DNA from: Ascidiella aspersa
Lineage: Eukaryota
Direction of reading: 5' to 3'
DNA length: 64,000 nucleotides
Assembly (NCBI GenBank): GCA_963924565.1
Contig: OZ004608.1
Span: 11,222,001-11,286,000 of the forward strand
Below are positions 24,987 to 64,000 of the stretch, piece by piece; position 1 is the stretch's first letter; each line of letters opens with the position of its first letter. The notes beneath the pieces were generated by a model that was not told the origin of the DNA, made no database searches, and saw only the letters and a list, made by a program, of their open reading frames with translations. The position numbers were made by a program, and so were the translations under genes.

Positions 24987-27928
24987 TTCTAGAACCTGCA
25001 TTTGGAGCGCCGATTTCGGGCCAGAGCATTCCCATTTATGGATTGCTGCCTCATATATGCCGATCGTGGCGTGACGTGTTGCGGTCACGGCTGACTGGCG
25101 CTCGATCTTGGCCTAAATCAGCAGCCGACTCGACTCAGAGCTTGTTTTCGTGTCGTCGGAGTTTTGCGCGGAAAATGAAGAGATTCAATCGCTTTGGATA
25201 GTAGGGAAAGCTGTCAGATCGTTTGCGCGATCAGTCGCTTATCGACTTTCTCCGGCGGCAATTAGGCTTTCCCGATTTCGAGGCTTTTCGATTCCTAGAC
25301 GACGTAAACACGATGAACTTTGCGGTAATTTTCGAGGCTCGACTCGTGACCTTCTTCCACGTTCCGTTGCAGGGACGAGCGGCGCCTGACGCATTTTGGT
25401 GTATTTGTGAAGTTTCTGAGGCTCTGGATGCCATTTACGACGCTTCTTAATAGCTGGATCCCGAATCATAGAGCATAAAAAAGCGTTTGCCCTTTTCAAT
25501 TTTACGCAATTGAAACTGCAAATTTCCCGGTGGTTTTGTATTTGTTATGCTTCGCTGCGATACAAAGGCGCCTCGATGCAGGTGTCGTTCGTTTGTGATT
25601 TTTATTAAATTTACATTTCGACTGGAGTTCACTAGAACCATAGTACGGCGTTGGTGCACTGGTGAATGCGCTTCACTTATTAGCGTCGGTTTTGTAGTTC
25701 TTTAAAGTGATGGGAGAACTGTTTAGCTTTGAATGCTGTTAAACAGGTATTAATTTCAGTTGATATATTTTGTTGATGTAAAAGATTTGTTCGCGAACAT
25801 TAAGATTTTTAATGTGATGAATGTATCAAGTGGCATGTTCCAACAGAAATTTTGTAACCTAAACGCAGGGCGCTTGAAGCAAAATTGCCAAAAGTTGTGT
25901 TTGAATGTGGTTTTCCAAGACTGCTTTAAGATAAGGTTCTTAACCAACTGTCCCAAATGTTACAACCTTTTTGGTGTTGTCAATGTAGAAATTTAGTAGC
26001 TAAGGTATTCTGCAGCACACATATCCTGTCTGCTTTTAGACACAGCTGAAAATTCCCCTTTTAAAAAGACGCGACTGTTTTTTATTGAAGTGAAAGTTGT
26101 TCAAACGCGTCGTCAGCTTGCCGCCGGCAAATTTGGCAGTTTTATCAGAACGGCTGTAAATTGTGTTTCATGCAGTGTAGGGATGTAATGCAACCTATAA
26201 TATGTCAGTTAATCGGTCCAGCAGAATATCTCAGTCGAAGACAGAAAGACGAGTTGCCCAGCTATTTCGGTCGGGCGCCAAACGCACAAGCCCGTAATAA
26301 TTGCTGGTGCACCGTTTATAAATATGTTCAAGTGCTACTTGCGCGTTAATAAGGAAGCGTTGAATTGCATGTCAGTTGGGCGCCGCGACAAGCCATTGTT
26401 CGGCTCAACGGCGAAGATGTTGACCGACATAGCTGGTCCAAATGCTGTTTTCTTATTGTGGATATAATAAGTAAGCGTGGGATTATTTTGGGGCGACGAA
26501 CATTGTTTCTGTGTCAGGTGCCCAGTTCGATACTCATAGTTGAATAGATGAGTCCTGGCGTCAAGTCAGATTTTTTTCGGATTGTTTGCTGTTTATTGTT
26601 CTCGTCTGAAAATTAATTGCAATGAAAAAGTGTCGTACAGATGACAGATTTTCGCTAGAAACCCATAACAAAAGCGTTTAACTGTGGACTTTTCCTAAAA
26701 AAGCTAAGGCAAATGGGTTACTATTCTGAAATAGCTAATGTGGATGTTAAATTAGTTTCCCAGGCTGCGTGATATAAACTTCTGCTGATTGTAGTGGAAT
26801 ATCAATCGACCAGTATACAAAAGAAAAATATAAGATTTTTTGTACGCATAGCTAAGTTAGGAGTTTTGTCTTGATTTGACGAAAAAGGCGAAAACTCAAC
26901 TGTTTAAAAAAAAATTTATATGCCGTAAATTCTGCAAGAAATAGTTGTATTTTGGAAAAGCGGTAGCTTTTATGACACAGATCAATTATTCGTATACGGG
27001 CACGGTCAGCACAAAAAACGAAGAACAAGATAGATCGCAATAAAAAGTGGCGAGTCGTAATTCGAAACTGAATAGGAAAACCCGTATTTAACAAACCAAA
27101 GTAGCACTGTACAAGTCAGCATGCCCTGTTTAAAATGGGTTAGTGTAAGCCGTAAGGGGTCAATAAACGTTTCGTTGTAGGTTGTCGCAAGGGTTGTAGG
27201 TTAAACTTTATGTAAAAGTTCAGTAAATCTAAACACTTATGTTTTTGCCACTGAGTCTTCAGTTTTTTTAGACGTTTTACCACCAGCGAACAATCAAGGC
27301 CCCTGCCAAGCCACCTGTGCTGTGTGCTGTCAAGACCACAAGAAAGGGCAATGGGTTTTGCGGTTTGGGAAAAGATTAGAGCATCGGCACTTAAACCGAA
27401 ATCACGAAAAGGCCGTCGTGGTTGCCCGCCGCTAGTCCACTTAACCAGCCACTTAACCAGTCACGAGTTAGCGGAAAGGCCAGCTCATTAACGGTGCTAC
27501 TACTATTGGATTCTCACGTTGGTTACTGCTGTAAACTAAAAAAAAACGAGGTTTGGTGACCAGCAATAGTTAGTCCACTTTTGAAAGCTCTGCAGATATG
27601 GGTTTTACAAAAGTACAAGGTTACTGTATAGTATTAAAAATAGGGCCAGCAATAGCTCAGACAGACCAAAGCGTTAGTTACTGTGTTTAGACAATTACAG
27701 AGCATTTCCCACAGCTGTTTTTTGCCGAATTCCATGTATCACTTTTTGGTTTTAATGTGTGTAACAATTTACTTTGATATCCGTGAAATTTTATTTAGAA
27801 CCTAAATTTTGCAACTTGTGAAGTATTCACTGTATTTACTAACTTTATTCCAATAGGTATAGAGGCAAAATGACGGTATAATATTAAGTCCAAATTTGCC
27901 CTAAAAACATTTCCCGGAACTGAGAGAA

Positions 27929-54825
<26,897 letters not shown>

Positions 54826-55610
54826 GTGAAAAAAGAAGAGTCTTCTTCCGTCCGCCCTCGCCGCGCCCCCTTTTTTCTACCAATCACAGAGTTCCCGCTG
54901 CTGGCCAGTGACACGTGACGAAATGCCGTTGTTAAAATTGTTACTACAGATATATTACTTCTAACACTACTACTACTAGCCACTTTAGCTTATCATTGTG
55001 TAAACTGAAATGCAATTTTACCACCTGTTTTTGTTGTTTTATATTGTGAAATTGTACATCGCCCCGCGTTTTTTGGTACATATGCTAATTTGACGGGCCA
55101 GCGGTTGCTTTACAATCGTGCTGCAGATATCAAACTTTTACTGATGTACGTTTTTTTGTTTTTCGTTTACTGACCTCGCCCTCATCCACGCTTTTACTGA
55201 TTATCCCGGAATGAATTGTTTTCGGGGAAAATTCACTTTCCGCAAACCACATCTGTGCCAACTGTAATTTTTGCAATAAAAATGGTGTCTATATTGCAAA
55301 CTTAGTTTAACGTCTCATTCCCCAGCAGTTTAATAAATTCTAAAACTGTTTTAGTCAAGGTGTAATTTATAATATGTAGAAAATCTAAATATTGAGCTGG
55401 TTCCAAGTTCGAAATCTGGTCGAGCAGAGGCAAAAACAGAATTTTCGACAGAACAAGAAAGCAGAGCAATATAGCGTTGGCAGTTTAGTAAAATTCTACC
55501 AACGGTTATCTAACCTACGATAAAGGCTTATAAGAATGTCCAGAGATGACGCCATAACATATGTGTCTGAAATAGCAAGAAATCTGTTGTTCTCGCTCGA
55601 CTGTTTAGTG

Positions 55611-56367
55611 CAGGGGTCGGCAACCTTACGGTCCGCGCCCGCCGATGGAATTCATCCGGCCCGCCGCCTCTTTGACAAATTAGACACGAGTCTATTTCAC
55701 AAACTTTTCTATTTCACAAACGACTATTTTAACTACCTAATTGCGAAAAATTTTCGCGCTTCGCGCGAGTGTTCATTCTCCGTCCGGTTTGTTTACGCTT
55801 AGATGCTGCCTTTTTAACTGTAGACCAGCGATTTTTACCGTTGCGCCCAGGAAGACTGGCAAGTGAGTCGCGCAAAAACGGAAAACGTATCAAAAAATAT
55901 TGGACATTTTTAAACATTTTCTTATTTTTATTTTCGGCATTGTAATAAAAACTTGCAAGAAATTAAAAGAAATACCGGTGTAACCCCCCCAAAAAATCGC
56001 GCTCGCTTCGCTCGCCAGGTTTGCCTTGACTTCAAAAGTTAACAAACCCTGAGCTAAATTAACTTTAAATGTTATCGCGTTCCTCAAAGTAGTTTTATTA
56101 CACTTTTTATTAGTATTGGATGACGAACGTGTGAACTCAAATTTTAAACCAAACAAACGCTTTTTTCGCGCTTTGCGTCAACGCTTTACGGCCTCTGTAA
56201 ATGTAATTAAGCACGTTTTTAAATACAAAAAAAAAACAAGCCCCACCTGATTCACAGTTGTTTTAACATTTCAATAACACAATTCTTAGTTATCATTTTG
56301 TGCGGCCCGCAAAGACCTTTCTGAGTTTAGTTTGGGCCCGCGACTAGAAAAAGGTTGCCGACCCCTG
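55611..56367. mobile_element. hAT-type non-autonomous element (757 bp)
   Basis: Perfect 17-bp TIR caggggtcggcaacctt / aaggttgccgacccctg, exact TSD gtttagtg. Subterminal ggcccgc and internal tcgcgct motifs. Confidence 0.93.
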
Positions 56368-56605
56368 GTTTAGTGGGCCATATGTAGCTCTATGGACCCG
56401 AACGGAAGATTTACAGCTACCGAGCTGGAACTTGGCCCATTGGATATGAGTTTGCTGGCTCCATAGCTATTTTTAATTGCTCCATAGCTGAATCCGGAGC
56501 TATTGGTATGTGTTTGCTTGCTCCGTAGCTAGAACCGGGACTGGAGCCGGAGCCAAAGTTCCTTTACAATGACTCCCCAGCGCTGCTTTTAGGCACACTT
56601 TAGCG

Positions 56606-57100
56606 CAGGGTTTCCCAAACTTTTTTGGACGACGGACCACTATTTGTGAATCTTTTTTTTTCGCGGACCTCAATACAAAGCAAAAAAATAAAAAAAATAC
56701 GAGTTTTATTACGGTAATTTACAAAATTGACAACACAAATGGGACGGATGGAATTGCTTCTTTCTGCATAAATCATCAATTCTCGGAGGTGTTTGTGAAA
56801 AGCAAACTCGTAAGTCAGAGTCCACGGAAAGTCTGGACCTATATTTATTATTACGTCATAGACGAGGAATACGAGAATTTTTCGTAAACGACTTTTAGAC
56901 TACAACGAAGGCGCAACAAGTAAGATTTGCAAAACTGGATAGCAAAAGCTTTTGAAATAATTAAGTTGTGAATAACTGCGCCAATTATCTTTGAAAGAGT
57001 ACGCATACAAGACAACGTTTATGTGCAACTTTTTAATTTCTTGTCATATCGCCACGGACCACCTGTGCAGTCGTGGCGGACCACAGTTTGGGAAACCCCG
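56606..57100. mobile_element. hAT-type MITE (495 bp)
   Basis: TIR cagggtttcccaaact / agtttgggaaaccccg, exact TSD ctttagcg. Subterminal cggaccac repeats. Confidence 0.92.
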
Positions 57101-57445
57101 CTTTAGCGTTTTCTCTTCAACGCTTTTAAGACTAAATTCCCTGACATGTCATTACGTATCATAGTACCGGTATATTTGAGCCTTCAATATAGATTAACAT
57201 AATTAGTCCCTTTACTACTTTAATCTAACTAACCGCTAAACCGGATATTAAAAAGTCTATTTTTAGATTATCGATTTTTACAATTTTGTAAATACCCAAC
57301 GGTAACAAAGATTATTTTAAACATTAATACATGCCAAGGAAATGAATAAATCGCACGTCTTGATTATTTATTTTCTCTTGTTATTTGGGCAACACTGTAT
57401 AGTAAGCAATGGTGTCAAGGTTGTTTTCGATTTGTACCCCTTTGA

Positions 57446-57532
57446 ACCTGAATAGCTCACTAGGCAAGCGACGGTCTCGGCAGTGCCGGAAGTCTTGGGT
57501 TAGAACCCCGCTGCAGACTAGTTGTTTTTTTT
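57446..57532 (+). pseudogene. tRNA-like sequence (tRNA pseudogene or SINE head)
   Basis: A-box-like tagctcactagg, B-box-like gggttagaaccc at tRNA spacing, followed by an oligo-T run. The acceptor stem is imperfect and the anticodon cannot be assigned. Confidence 0.5.
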
Positions 57533-57904
57533 CCTTTAAATCAGCCAAAACTTAATACCCAACAAAACAAACAATTGTTAAGTGCATATTTTTACACTTT
57601 TAGGTGAACCGAACACCCCAGCTAAAGTTTTTAGGTGAACCGAACACTGCTTTTTTTTTCGGTAAATCCAAAGAGATTTTTAAGTATTATAAAATGTATA
57701 TTAATTTAATAGAAACATTAGTAATATTTTTAAACAACTCAACCATGACTCTGTAAAAAGAAAAAAATAACTATTCTTTTTTCTCCTTGTCTTCTCATCG
57801 TTACCGTTGCGTTTAATAAAATCACCTTTTAATTACTAAAAGTTGTAAAGGTTTTTCGTAAATAAAATAAAGTTAAACTGATCTGTAAAGAAAGCTATAT
57901 TTTG

Positions 57905-58095
57905 GGCGCTAGTCTAGAATCCTTCCACAACGACCATTATTTGGGTTAGGCTGCGGGTTAGCGTTTGGTAAGGTTAAGCAATAATATTAAATAATAATAC
58001 TTGACTCACCCAAACAATAACCAACACCCTAAGTCAAATATTGCGCGTCGCTTTAATAATTGTTTCAATGTGCATTAGGATTTAAGACCAGCGCG
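57905..58095. mobile_element. GGCGCT(G/A)GTCTA-terminus palindromic MITE, another copy
   Basis: ggcgctagtctagaatcc...ggatttaagaccagcgcg with the gggttaggctgcgggttagcgtttgg core, homologous to 33221-33427. Confidence 0.8.
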
Positions 58096-58611
58096 TAATT
58101 TGTAACTAATTTAAGAAAGAGTCAAGTGAAATAATTTTTTTGACCAATATATTTGACAGTTTGTTTTGATACTTACAATGATAACAAATGAACTAGAATT
58201 TTAATTTCAAAAGAATTACCAGGGGAATTTAAGTGCTTGTATTTTGTATTATTTAATTTGGTACTTGCTATGAGCAAACCTATAGGTAAACTTATCAGCA
58301 TTGGTCAACTAGCAGACATTACAAACTAAACTTATTTTAGTTGTATTGCAAATAGATTATTTTTTGCGTTAAAGAATTTCACAAAGCCGTGAACGATTTT
58401 CTGATTATTTAATTTTACACAAATCAATTTATCAAGTTTTTTCACATAGGTTTACACCCGCTTCCGACCGACAAATATCTCAAGTTCGTAACAAAAAAAT
58501 TTTGTGCAGGAAACCCCGGTTGTTGGTTCACCGGGAAAGCTTATTCAATTCAACATATTCGAAAAAAACTAATTTACCTCATTACAACAATTGTAATAAC
58601 TAAAACAGTCA

Positions 58612-59659
58612 ATGGCAAACCGCCACACAGGCATGGCAGGTGGCCTGGCTGGGGGAAGCACTTATACTTCCTCAACTTCAACATCCAGATCAGAGCGGAA
58701 CCTCACTACCCCCCTGGCAAGAGAACTTTTTGATGCCTGTCGAAACGGAGATCTCAGCAAGGTAATTCATTGATTTTTGGTTGGCTTATTATGCTTGTCA
58801 TTTTTTTGACGACTTATAGTAATTTGTCTAGTGTTTAAAGTTCTCATCAAATTTCCTCTCTTTTATGCACATTTTGTAGCTTTTACTTTAGGATACCAAG
58901 GCACCCGATTGCATTTGATTCCCTTGCCAAAGATTTTTGGGCCCAATGCCTGCCCAAAACTGACAGTCACTTACTTTGGCGTAAAATATGTTCTGTGTTT
59001 TTAATTCAAATTAAAAAAAGGTCATATATATAGGGCAGAATTTTAGCGCAAGATTTTGGTTAAAAAATTTCTTGGCCAGAACTTTTAGCGGCAGCAAATT
59101 ATGGATTGCGGTTGCATCTAGACTCAGCCCTGAATTTAAATTTATAAATAGTTACAACATTTACATTTTTTAACAGGTGAAAAAGTTGGTCACTACTCAA
59201 AATGTGAACGCTCGGGATGTTGAAGGCAGAAAATCGACCCCGCTTCATTTTGCCGCCGGTTTCGGACGCAAAGATGTGGTTGAGCATTTGCTACAGTGCG
59301 GGGCTAATGTACATGCGCAGGATGATGGTGGTCTTATTCCTCTTCATAACGCCTGTTCCTTTGGTCACGCTGAAGTGGTGCAAGTAAGAGTGATAGTGTA
59401 CCTTTTTGCCAGTTCTGTATGCACTGTTATAGCTTGCTTTTTGATATGGATTTAGTTATATATGCCTCCGTGCTTTCCATAATGTAAGTGAAACTTTGTC
59501 TTCATAAATTTAATGCCTTTTTGGGCTCTTCTGGTTGTGTTGCTTGGGTAAAACTACCCAAGCAACACAACCGTATGCAAACTTTCAACAATTATATAGT
59601 CACAAACTCACGTTGATGGCTGGTTTTCCCTGTTGTCTTCATACTATAAATGCTAATCC

Positions 59660-59697
<38 letters not shown>

Positions 59698-62600
59698 GTG
59701 TTATGTGTTGAACATTTTAAAGGGCTGTGAAATTTATTTTGAAGTACCGTTATTATTACAACTTGTTATTCAAATCCTCTCTTTACAGCTCCCATATACT
59801 CTGACACAGATCTAAGCTTTTTTTTATAAAAGTAGACTAAAAAGGCTTGCCTAAATGTGTTATGTGTCAAACGTTTTAAAGGACTGTCCAAGTTATTTTA
59901 AAGTACCATTATTGATGCAACTTTTTGTATTAATCCTTTCTTAACAGCTTCTACTGACCCATGGTGCCGACCCAAATGCCAAAGATAATTGGAATTACAC
60001 GCCTTTGCATGAATCTGCAATCAAGGGCAAACTGGATGTGTGTGTTGTGCTTTTGCAAAACGCAGGGGATCCCGCTATAAGAAATGCAGATGGAAAGACT
60101 GCAATTGAGCTTGCTGATCCATCAGCAAAGGTAAACTGTTATTTAGTGGTTGTTAAAATGGTATTATCTTGTATCAACATGCTTCAAATTTGCTTGTTTT
60201 GTAGCGAAGAAAAGTTTTGTAGTGAAAAAATACCTGAAATTTTTAGGATTTGGGAGTTAACTTTGTTAAAGATTTTAAATTATAGTTCAACATTTTTGCT
60301 TGTTTAATAAAACAATTTTAAATTTCATTAAATCTTGTTTGCAATATAGAACTTATTTGTAATGCCTTCATTGTAAAATTAGACATACATTTTTCCATAT
60401 AAAACATACTATGGAACCTAGGTTACCTTCCCATAGCAAAGCTGACAATTATTATTGTTCAAGGCTCTAATATTGATTAGTCACTTGGCACAAATCTAAT
60501 TGCCCCATTAAGGACAACAGGAGTATCTACTTTAATACTCCAGCCAACTGTAATATTGATCCATTTGCTATTTTAGGAACATCGGTTGCAAAGCATTCAG
60601 TTTTGTATGTCAATATTGTTTTACATTAATAGTTGCCCACCACATGCCCAAGTATATAAAAAAAATTTAAACACAGAAACATTGCTGATTAGCTATTTTA
60701 TTTTTATTTTATATAGTACTAATATATTTAAGATATCACATAAAAATGTTAAAATAATTTTGCTATGTGGTGTATGTAATTTCCTTTTCCTTCCAGGTTG
60801 TTCTATCGGGAGAATTCAAGAAAGATGACCTGCTTGAAGCAGCTCGAAGTGGCCAAGAAGACCAGTTGATGGAGTTGCTGACACCTCTCAATGTCAACTG
60901 CCATGCGAGTGATGGGCGCAAATCCACACCACTGCATTTAGCTGCTGGATACAACAGGGTAATGCAAAGGCCAAGTATCATAAAATTTAACTAAGTTTGC
61001 GATGACAATTTTATAATACAGCCCTGTTTTGTCTTCTCTTTTATTTAACCTTGGTTTCTAGTTTGTTTACCAATTGGGACTAATCCAATATTTGTATTGG
61101 CGTTGGCCTACACTAGAGTTTCTCAAACTCTGCTATGTTTCAATTTATCAGGGGCATCGCATAATCATTCTGTTTATTAACCAAACTCAAGTGCGCTAAT
61201 ATAATGCTTAAATATTGGATCATTCCCTGCAACATATCTTTTTACCTTAATTTTAATTGATGTTATAAAAAAAAAATACCAAACACTGGATGCGTAGCAA
61301 GTCTGACACATTTTTTCATAGGCTTCCTAAAAAATTAACAATAATTTTTTTATGCTTGATAAATGTTGTTTTTTGTGCAGGTTGGAATTGTAACATTACT
61401 TCTTAAACAAGGTGCTGATGTGCATGCTAAAGACAAGGGTGGGCTAGTTCCTTTGCACAACGCATGTTCATATGGCCATTTTGAGGTAAAATTGTTTAAC
61501 ATTTAAGGTTGTTTTTATTACTTAATTGATTTCAGACCTGAATGTTTAAAACAATACACTTTTTTCTTAAGTGAAATACAAAAATCTAAATATGTAAGTT
61601 TTTAGTTTTGTCAAAAAAATGTTTGCAAAACCAATAAAATGAACTTATTTATCAGGATTACCATTTGTTTTTATCAAAAAAATAACACAACTTAGGGGTT
61701 TTTAGATTTAGTTTACCTTAAATCATATTTCTTAACAAATATATACATATATATATATATAGTGGAATCTAGGCAGCTCTATTAAGGATTAAAACGAAAC
61801 AAACTTTCAGGTGTATGGCCCTTCTTTATTAATAGTGCTCCTTTGTTGTCAGACAATGGTTGTTGGACACTTCACACTGTTCCCTTATCCCCTTACAGCT
61901 TAATTCCCTGTAATGAGATAAATTGTTTACACAAGTACTTTCCTTCTGAATAAAAAGTTACCTGTATAAAAATAGGCTAATATAAGTTGTGTAAGTTAAA
62001 ACAGCAAAATCGTGCATGCTCTTAGAAATAAAGATTGCTAAAATTATCTCATATTTAAATGCAGTAGTTTATTTTCCAATTTTAACTGATCAGAATGGAG
62101 CAAAGACTGTGTTAATTATTGCTACCATCTATAATTCATTGTGCTCATACCAAAAGTCAGTTCAGGTCAAAATTACTTTAGAGAAATTGAAATACCATGC
62201 AACTGTTTAAAACGGTGATTATAAAACTGGGGATAATTATTGTAAATTAATTTGTTTTTAATTATGCGTTTGTTGACACTATAATATGAGGTGCTCCAAT
62301 ATTTGTCAAAATGTGGCAGGCAGGTAAAGAAAATTGAGACCCCATGGTTTAAAAGGTACCAGAGCATGGTTCAAACTTCACAGCTGTAAACCCTTCCGCC
62401 AGCATTTTCATGTTCTTTGTGAGTAGCGTCAAGTTGCCTCTAATGTTTGAACAGTCACGTCTGAAGCGCTGTTGATTCACGTTACAGGTGTTGACTGTAC
62501 AATAGCCACAGCACACTTGTGCCACTGCGCTGACTCACATCAAATTGAAGTGTGTTTATTGATACAGCCCTTTTTTGTCACTATAGGTAACCGAGCTGCT

Positions 62601-63565
62601 CATTAAGCATGGAGCCAATGTCAATGCAATGGATCTGTGGCAGTTCACACCCCTTCATGAAGCCGCCTCCAAAAATCGAGTTGAAGTCTGTTCGTTGCTT
62701 CTGGCCCACGGCGGTGACCCAACTGTTGTCAATTGCCACTCAAAAACTGCCATCGATGTGGCACCCAACAGGTGGGAATGATGTCATTTCTTGTCTGCTA
62801 TGAATAATTCTCTTTCCTTGATTATTGATTTCCAAGCCGTCCAACTACTGTCCTGTAGTTCAATGTGATGTTACATGTTGAAAGGAATTTAAAGGAAGTT
62901 TAATTTTAGTTAGTTTGTTAACAATGATTAGCTAAACCGCTGATTACTGTCCTGTGTATCAATTAAAATTTTTGGTGTTCCATTGGACTTTGTTTAACAT
63001 TGAAACTGAAAATCTGCCCAGCAATTTTCCGTGTTCAATTGCATTTAAAAAGTATAATTACAGTTAGTTGGTTAACAATGATTGGCTAAATCGTCAAACT
63101 AAGTTCATCCTTTATAAAGTATATTTTCATTGAAATAATATTTATTTGGAAATCTACGCCTATCAAGGAAAATCAGGTATAAGCATTTGATTAAAGGTGT
63201 CCAATCATCCAAGTTTTAAACATAAAAGTTAAGGAAAACATAACTATTTCATTTAAATGCCGGGCAAGTGTAAACAACAAAAGCAAACTTTAACCCGTTG
63301 ACAAAGAATCACATAGTAACTAGACCTTGTTAAACAAATAGGTTGGCATAAACTAAAAAGGGTAATATTTGCTTTCGCCAGGCAATTGCAAGAAAAGCTT
63401 TCCTACGAGTTCAAAGGCCATTCTCTGCTGGAGGCAGCTCGTCAGGCCGACATCACCAAAGTGAAAAAGAACCTGAGTATCGATTCTGTGCTGTTTCGTC
63501 ACCCGCATACAAATGAGTCAGTGTTGCACTGTGCAGTGGCATCACCATATCCCAAACGAAAACAG
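58612..63565 (+). CDS. TNKS: Tankyrase (poly-ADP-ribose polymerase with ankyrin repeat clusters), 3'-partial
   Basis: Exons 58612-58761 ([12 protein letters not shown]), 59177-59383 ([30 protein letters not shown]...[20 protein letters not shown]), 59948-60130 ([10 protein letters not shown]), 60797-60958 ([21 protein letters not shown]), 61381-61485, 62587-62771 ([15 protein letters not shown]), 63382-63565 (YEFKGHSLL). These closely match tankyrase ARC1-2. The gene continues beyond the window. The short N-terminus lacks the HPS tract. Confidence 0.96.
59533..59572. repeat. Perfect 18-bp inverted repeat (hairpin, 4-nt loop) in tankyrase intron 2
   Basis: ggttgtgttgcttgggta-aaac-tacccaagcaacacaacc. 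Confidence 0.9.
59694..59950 (+). repeat. Tandem duplication of the intron 3' end (duplicated splice acceptor) before tankyrase exon 3
   Basis: ~59694-59792 and ~59853-59950 align (aaatgtgttatgtgt...ttttaaagg...aagtacc...aatcct..ct.tt.acagct). A ~31-nt poly-T run precedes the first copy. Confidence 0.8.
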
Positions 63566-64000
63566 GTGAATATCACTTTTATCTTAAGCATATAGTTGTC
63601 CTGTGTTGTTTCGTAACCTTGTATTATTCTAATTTCTTCTAGTTAGATTATGTATTTTAGACATGTATAGCAAAGCTTTTAACAACAACAATTACTTTAA
63701 GCATACAAAGGCCCGATATATTTAAAGTAAATTTTGTGAAAACATTTTCTTATAATATTAATCATGAGTATAAAACTAAAATTTGAACTTGACCACATTA
63801 ATACTATACCAAAAACTAAGTGACAGAGGAAAAACTGAAATTTAAATTGTTACAAAGTCCGGATCTTTTATAAAAGTGTTATATGGCAGGTCCAATAGCA
63901 AACTAAGAACAAAATTGTCCCAATCACTTTCTCAAAATCCATTATCTAACCTCCGTGGAGTACAAAAAAGAGAAGGCCATGTCATTAATAATTTAACTAG

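Noticed and set aside
18040-26547. Many 60-150 aa ORFs in the upstream non-coding region
   Set aside because: No recognisable domains, mostly non-ATG starts, and no consistent exon chain.

Overview
Intron-rich, AT-rich animal genomic DNA. The compact genes, Tyrp1/2-type gene and single KANK-type gene suggest an invertebrate chordate such as a tunicate (inference). Five protein-coding loci were reconstructed by hand from GT-AG junctions and reading frames. (1) The 3' terminal exon (<3..1772, +) of a protein carrying BRC-like (BRCA2/RAD51-binding) repeats right up to its stop codon. (2) A complete 8-exon tyrosinase-related protein gene (-, 2611..7467). (3) Head-to-head with it, a complete 11-exon class III GLUT (SLC2A8/6-like) sugar transporter with an N-terminal acidic dileucine signal (+, 8690..14976). 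(4) A roughly 27-kb KANK gene (+, 27929..about 54825) with KN motif, coiled coil, a large LC8-type motif array and ankyrin repeats. (5) The 5' part of tankyrase (+, 58612..>63565). Introns and intergenic DNA hold many hAT-type MITEs with 8-bp TSDs, a nested fold-back element family with telomere-like cores, a 30-bp minisatellite, a tRNA-like element and several local duplications. The most notable observations are the C-terminal BRC-repeat array with no room for a BRCA2 DNA-binding domain, a minimal Penelope-type hammerhead-ribozyme motif on the sense strand just upstream of a KANK splice acceptor, and the TYRP/GLUT8-like bidirectional pair. Most short ORFs in the supplied track are spurious intronic or antisense frames.
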